DNA from: Acutalibacteraceae bacterium
Lineage (GTDB): Bacteria; Bacillota; Clostridia; Oscillospirales; Acutalibacteraceae
Direction: 5' to 3'
Assembly (NCBI GenBank): GCA_045602985.1
Contig: JAZULH010000020.1
Location: 11,610-75,609, forward strand
Length of the DNA: 64,000 bases
Below the pieces are notes generated by a model. That model had not been told where the DNA came from. It saw nothing but the letters and a program-made list of their open reading frames with translations, and searched no databases. Both the position numbers and the translations under genes were made by a program. Positions 61,637-64,000 of this stretch are shown in pieces. Position 1 is the first letter of the stretch; each line of letters begins with the position of its first letter.

Positions 61637-64000
61637 ATGTATCTCAAAACCATCGAAATGCAGGGATTTAAATCGTTCCCTGATAAAACCGTTCTCGACT
61701 TCGGTAAGGGTATAACCGCGGTTGTTGGTCCCAACGGAAGCGGTAAAAGTAACATATCGGATGCTATGCGTTGGGTTTTGGGTGAGCAATCAACCAAAAA
61801 CCTGCGCGGTTCAAAAATGGAGGATGTTATCTTCGGCGGTACCGATGCCCGCAGGGCTGTAGGTTTTGCTGAAGTAACCCTTAAGCTGGATAATTCCGAT
61901 ATGGCACTCAACAATCCCCAAAAGCTTGTTACCGTTACACGTCGCTATTACCGTTCGGGTGAAAGTGAATACAGAATTAACGGTGAGCAGGCAAGGCTTA
62001 AGGATATCCACGAATTATTTATGGATACAGGTCTTGGTCGTGACGGTTATTCTATGATTAGCCAGGGTAAGGTTGAAACACTTATTTCCGGCAAATCAGA
62101 TGACAGGCGTGATATGCTTGAAGAGGCGGCAGGTATTTCCCATTACAGATACCGCCGTGCAGATGCTATGCGCCGACTTAATCAGGCAGAAGAAAATCTG
62201 CTCAGGCTGAGGGATATTCTGACTGAGCTGGAGTCACGTGTGGGTCCCCTTAAGGTGCAGAGTGAAAAAGCACAGAAATTCCTTGAATATGCAGGGGAAA
62301 AGAAAAATCTTGAAATCGGTCTGTGGCTTTACACTATTGAAAAGACCAAGAATGACCTGCGTGAGTATGAAAAGAAAATTACAATAACCGAGGCACAGTA
62401 TAACGATGTGTGCAAGGTTCTTGAAGAAATAACACAAAAGATTGATAACGCTATTGCCGATTCTCAGAAAATTACGGTTGCTATTGATGAAATCAGGCGT
62501 GCATCTGCACAGCTTGAAGAACAAGCAGCGTTGTTGGAAAGTCAGGTTGCTGTTCAGGAAAATACAATAGAGCATAATAACGAAACTATTCAGCGTATAG
62601 AGCGCGAAAAGACGGAGGAAACCGACACCGACACCGAAATTGCCGAGCAGATAAATCAGGCAAAGGCATCTATTGACAGTCTTTCTGAGATTATCGCACA
62701 AAAAAAGGCGGTACTCGACTCTTTTTCAGGTGAATTGGAGCACCTCAGCGACGAAAACAGCAAGTCTGCTCAAAGAAGTGTTGAGCTGTCAGAGACAGTT
62801 TCAAGACTCTCTCTTGAAGTAGCAGATAACAGAGTTATTGTATCTACTGCCGCATCATCTGTGGAGGAAATCGAAAACCGCATCAAGGTTATAGATGAGG
62901 CAATCGAAACTCAGCAGCCTGTTATTGATGCCCTTGAAAAAGAGCGTGATAAGGTTGTTCAGGAGCTTGAAGCAGTTAAGGAACGCTCACAGGAGCTTAA
63001 TAATTCCCTTACCGGTATTGAGCTTCTTGCACAGAAACGTCTTGAAAAGTTAGATAAGCTTAAGGAAGAAGAAAATTCTTTAAGAAATGAAAAGCATCTT
63101 AAGGAATCAAGACTTGCAATGCTCTCCGACCTGGAGAAAAATATGGAAGGCTATCAGGGTAGTGTTAAGGCTGTAATGCGCGAGGTTCGTCGAGGTACCC
63201 TTAAGGGTATTCATGCACCCGTTTCGCAGGTTATCAGCGTAAGCGACAAATATTCCCTGGCTATTGAAACTGCCTTGGGTGCAGGTCTTCAGAATATTAT
63301 TACAGATACTGAGAATGATGCTAAAAAAGCCATTGGCTTCCTTAAAGAAAGTCATGCCGGCAGAGCAACCTTCTTGCCCATAACTGCTATTAAGGGCAGG
63401 GTCATGGAGGAAAAAGGGCTTGACGATTGCTACGGCTATATTAATCTTGCATCAGGTCTTGTGGATTTTGATGCAAAGTATAGGGAAATAATCAATTCCC
63501 TTTTGGGCAGAACAGTTGTTGCGGAGGATTTGGATGCCGCAATTGCAATTGCGAAAAAATATAACTATAAATTTAAAATAGTTACTCTTGACGGTCAGGT
63601 TGTTAATGCAGGCGGTTCGATGACAGGTGGTGCCAAACTGCAGAATGCAGGTATTCTCAGCCGAGGAAATGAGCTTGAAAGACTGAAAACCGAATGTGAG
63701 AGTGTTGCTGAAAAGCTTGGTATTCTTCTTAAGGATGTTCAGGCACAGCAGGAAAATTGCTCAGCTGTTACAGCGGAGCTTGACGGTTGCAGGGCAGAAA
63801 TTACCGCTTTGGGTGAGGAAAAAATCAGAATTGAGGGTGTGCTTGCACTCAAGAACGGCAACCTTGAAAATCTTGCAAATGCCCGCGAGCAGGCAAATGA
63901 AGAGAAGGCTCAGCTTAAGGAACGCATTAACTCTATAAACAGCGGTGTAGCAGATGCTCAGGTAAAGCTTGAGGAATTGCAGGGTCAGCTTGAAAATGCC
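61637..64000 (+). CDS. smc: Chromosome partition protein SMC (N-terminal 788 codons; 3' end lies outside the window)
   Basis: My own translation from ATG 61637 gives MYLKTIEMQGFKSFPDKTVLDFGKGITAVVGPNGSGKSNISDAMRWVLGEQS (Walker A). A coiled coil and the hinge follow (..GRATFLPI..). The frame is open to the window end, so it is absent from the ORF track. Confidence 0.95.
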   Translation, partial: MYLKTIEMQGFKSFPDKTVLDFGKGITAVVGPNGSGKSNISDAMRWVLGEQSTKNLRGSKMEDVIFGGTDARRAVGFAEVTLKLDNSDMALNNPQKLVTVTRRYYRSGESEYRINGEQARLKDIHELFMDTGLGRDGYSMISQGKVETLISGKSDDRRDMLEEAAGISHYRYRRADAMRRLNQAEENLLRLRDILTELESRVGPLKVQSEKAQKFLEYAGEKKNLEIGLWLYTIEKTKNDLREYEKKITITEAQYNDVCKVLEEITQKIDNAIADSQKITVAIDEIRRASAQLEEQAALLESQVAVQENTIEHNNETIQRIEREKTEETDTDTEIAEQINQAKASIDSLSEIIAQKKAVLDSFSGELEHLSDENSKSAQRSVELSETVSRLSLEVADNRVIVSTAASSVEEIENRIKVIDEAIETQQPVIDALEKERDKVVQELEAVKERSQELNNSLTGIELLAQKRLEKLDKLKEEENSLRNEKHLKESRLAMLSDLEKNMEGYQGSVKAVMREVRRGTLKGIHAPVSQVISVSDKYSLAIETALGAGLQNIITDTENDAKKAIGFLKESHAGRATFLPITAIKGRVMEEKGLDDCYGYINLASGLVDFDAKYREIINSLLGRTVVAEDLDAAIAIAKKYNYKFKIVTLDGQVVNAGGSMTGGAKLQNAGILSRGNELERLKTECESVAEKLGILLKDVQAQQENCSAVTAELDGCRAEITALGEEKIRIEGVLALKNGNLENLANAREQANEEKAQLKERINSINSGVADAQVKLEELQGQLENA

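Noticed and set aside
1-64000. Mobile elements, prophage, genomic island or defence systems
   Set aside because: No integrase, transposase, recombinase, restriction-modification, toxin-antitoxin or cas-like ORFs were found, and there is no flanking tRNA. Gene content is housekeeping, apart from the GRE operon and the surface and membrane proteins.

Overview
The window looks like a contiguous core-chromosome segment of a low-to-mid GC Firmicute. The gene content and a cohesin-like surface protein suggest a Clostridia, possibly Oscillospiraceae/Ruminococcus-like gut anaerobe, but that placement is a guess. I found no rRNA, tRNA, CRISPR array, transposase or phage genes. About 58 protein genes fall into recognisable blocks. 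(1) A NuoE/NuoF-like pair plus a 2Fe-2S/GltD-like/4Fe-4S fusion, which together look like an Stn-type electron-bifurcating transhydrogenase rather than a hydrogenase. (2) A cohesin-like surface protein, then tex. (3) A tightly packed minus-strand operon: glycyl-radical activase, glycyl-radical enzyme of the C-x-E eliminase type, FGGY sugar kinase, class I phosphomannose-isomerase-like cupin, and an unknown helical protein. This is the best candidate for an undescribed catabolic system. (4) A DUF2975-like/XRE/large membrane protein triad. (5) A pyr operon, pyrC-carB-pyrK-pyrD-pyrF-pyrE-pyrB-pyrI, with a PyrR-type attenuator and no carA. (6) A pur operon, purE-purF-purM-purN-purO-like-purH(AICARFT)-purD-purL, behind a ZTP (pfl-motif) riboswitch. 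Its PurF lacks the N-terminal catalytic Cys. (7) mntP and a divergent alpha/beta hydrolase. (8) ylxM-ffh-rpsP-khpA-rimM-trmD. (9) A 0.8 kb gene-less repeat-bearing gap. (10) ptsH, uvrC, rsmD-coaD, a coiled-coil protein and a Zn-ribbon/pseudokinase/PASTA membrane protein. (11) infC-rpmI-rplT with an L20-type leader. (12) A trmH-family gene, dprA, topA, trmFO, rnc, a radical SAM gene and the 5' part of smc. All family assignments rest on motif recognition by eye, and no database search was possible.
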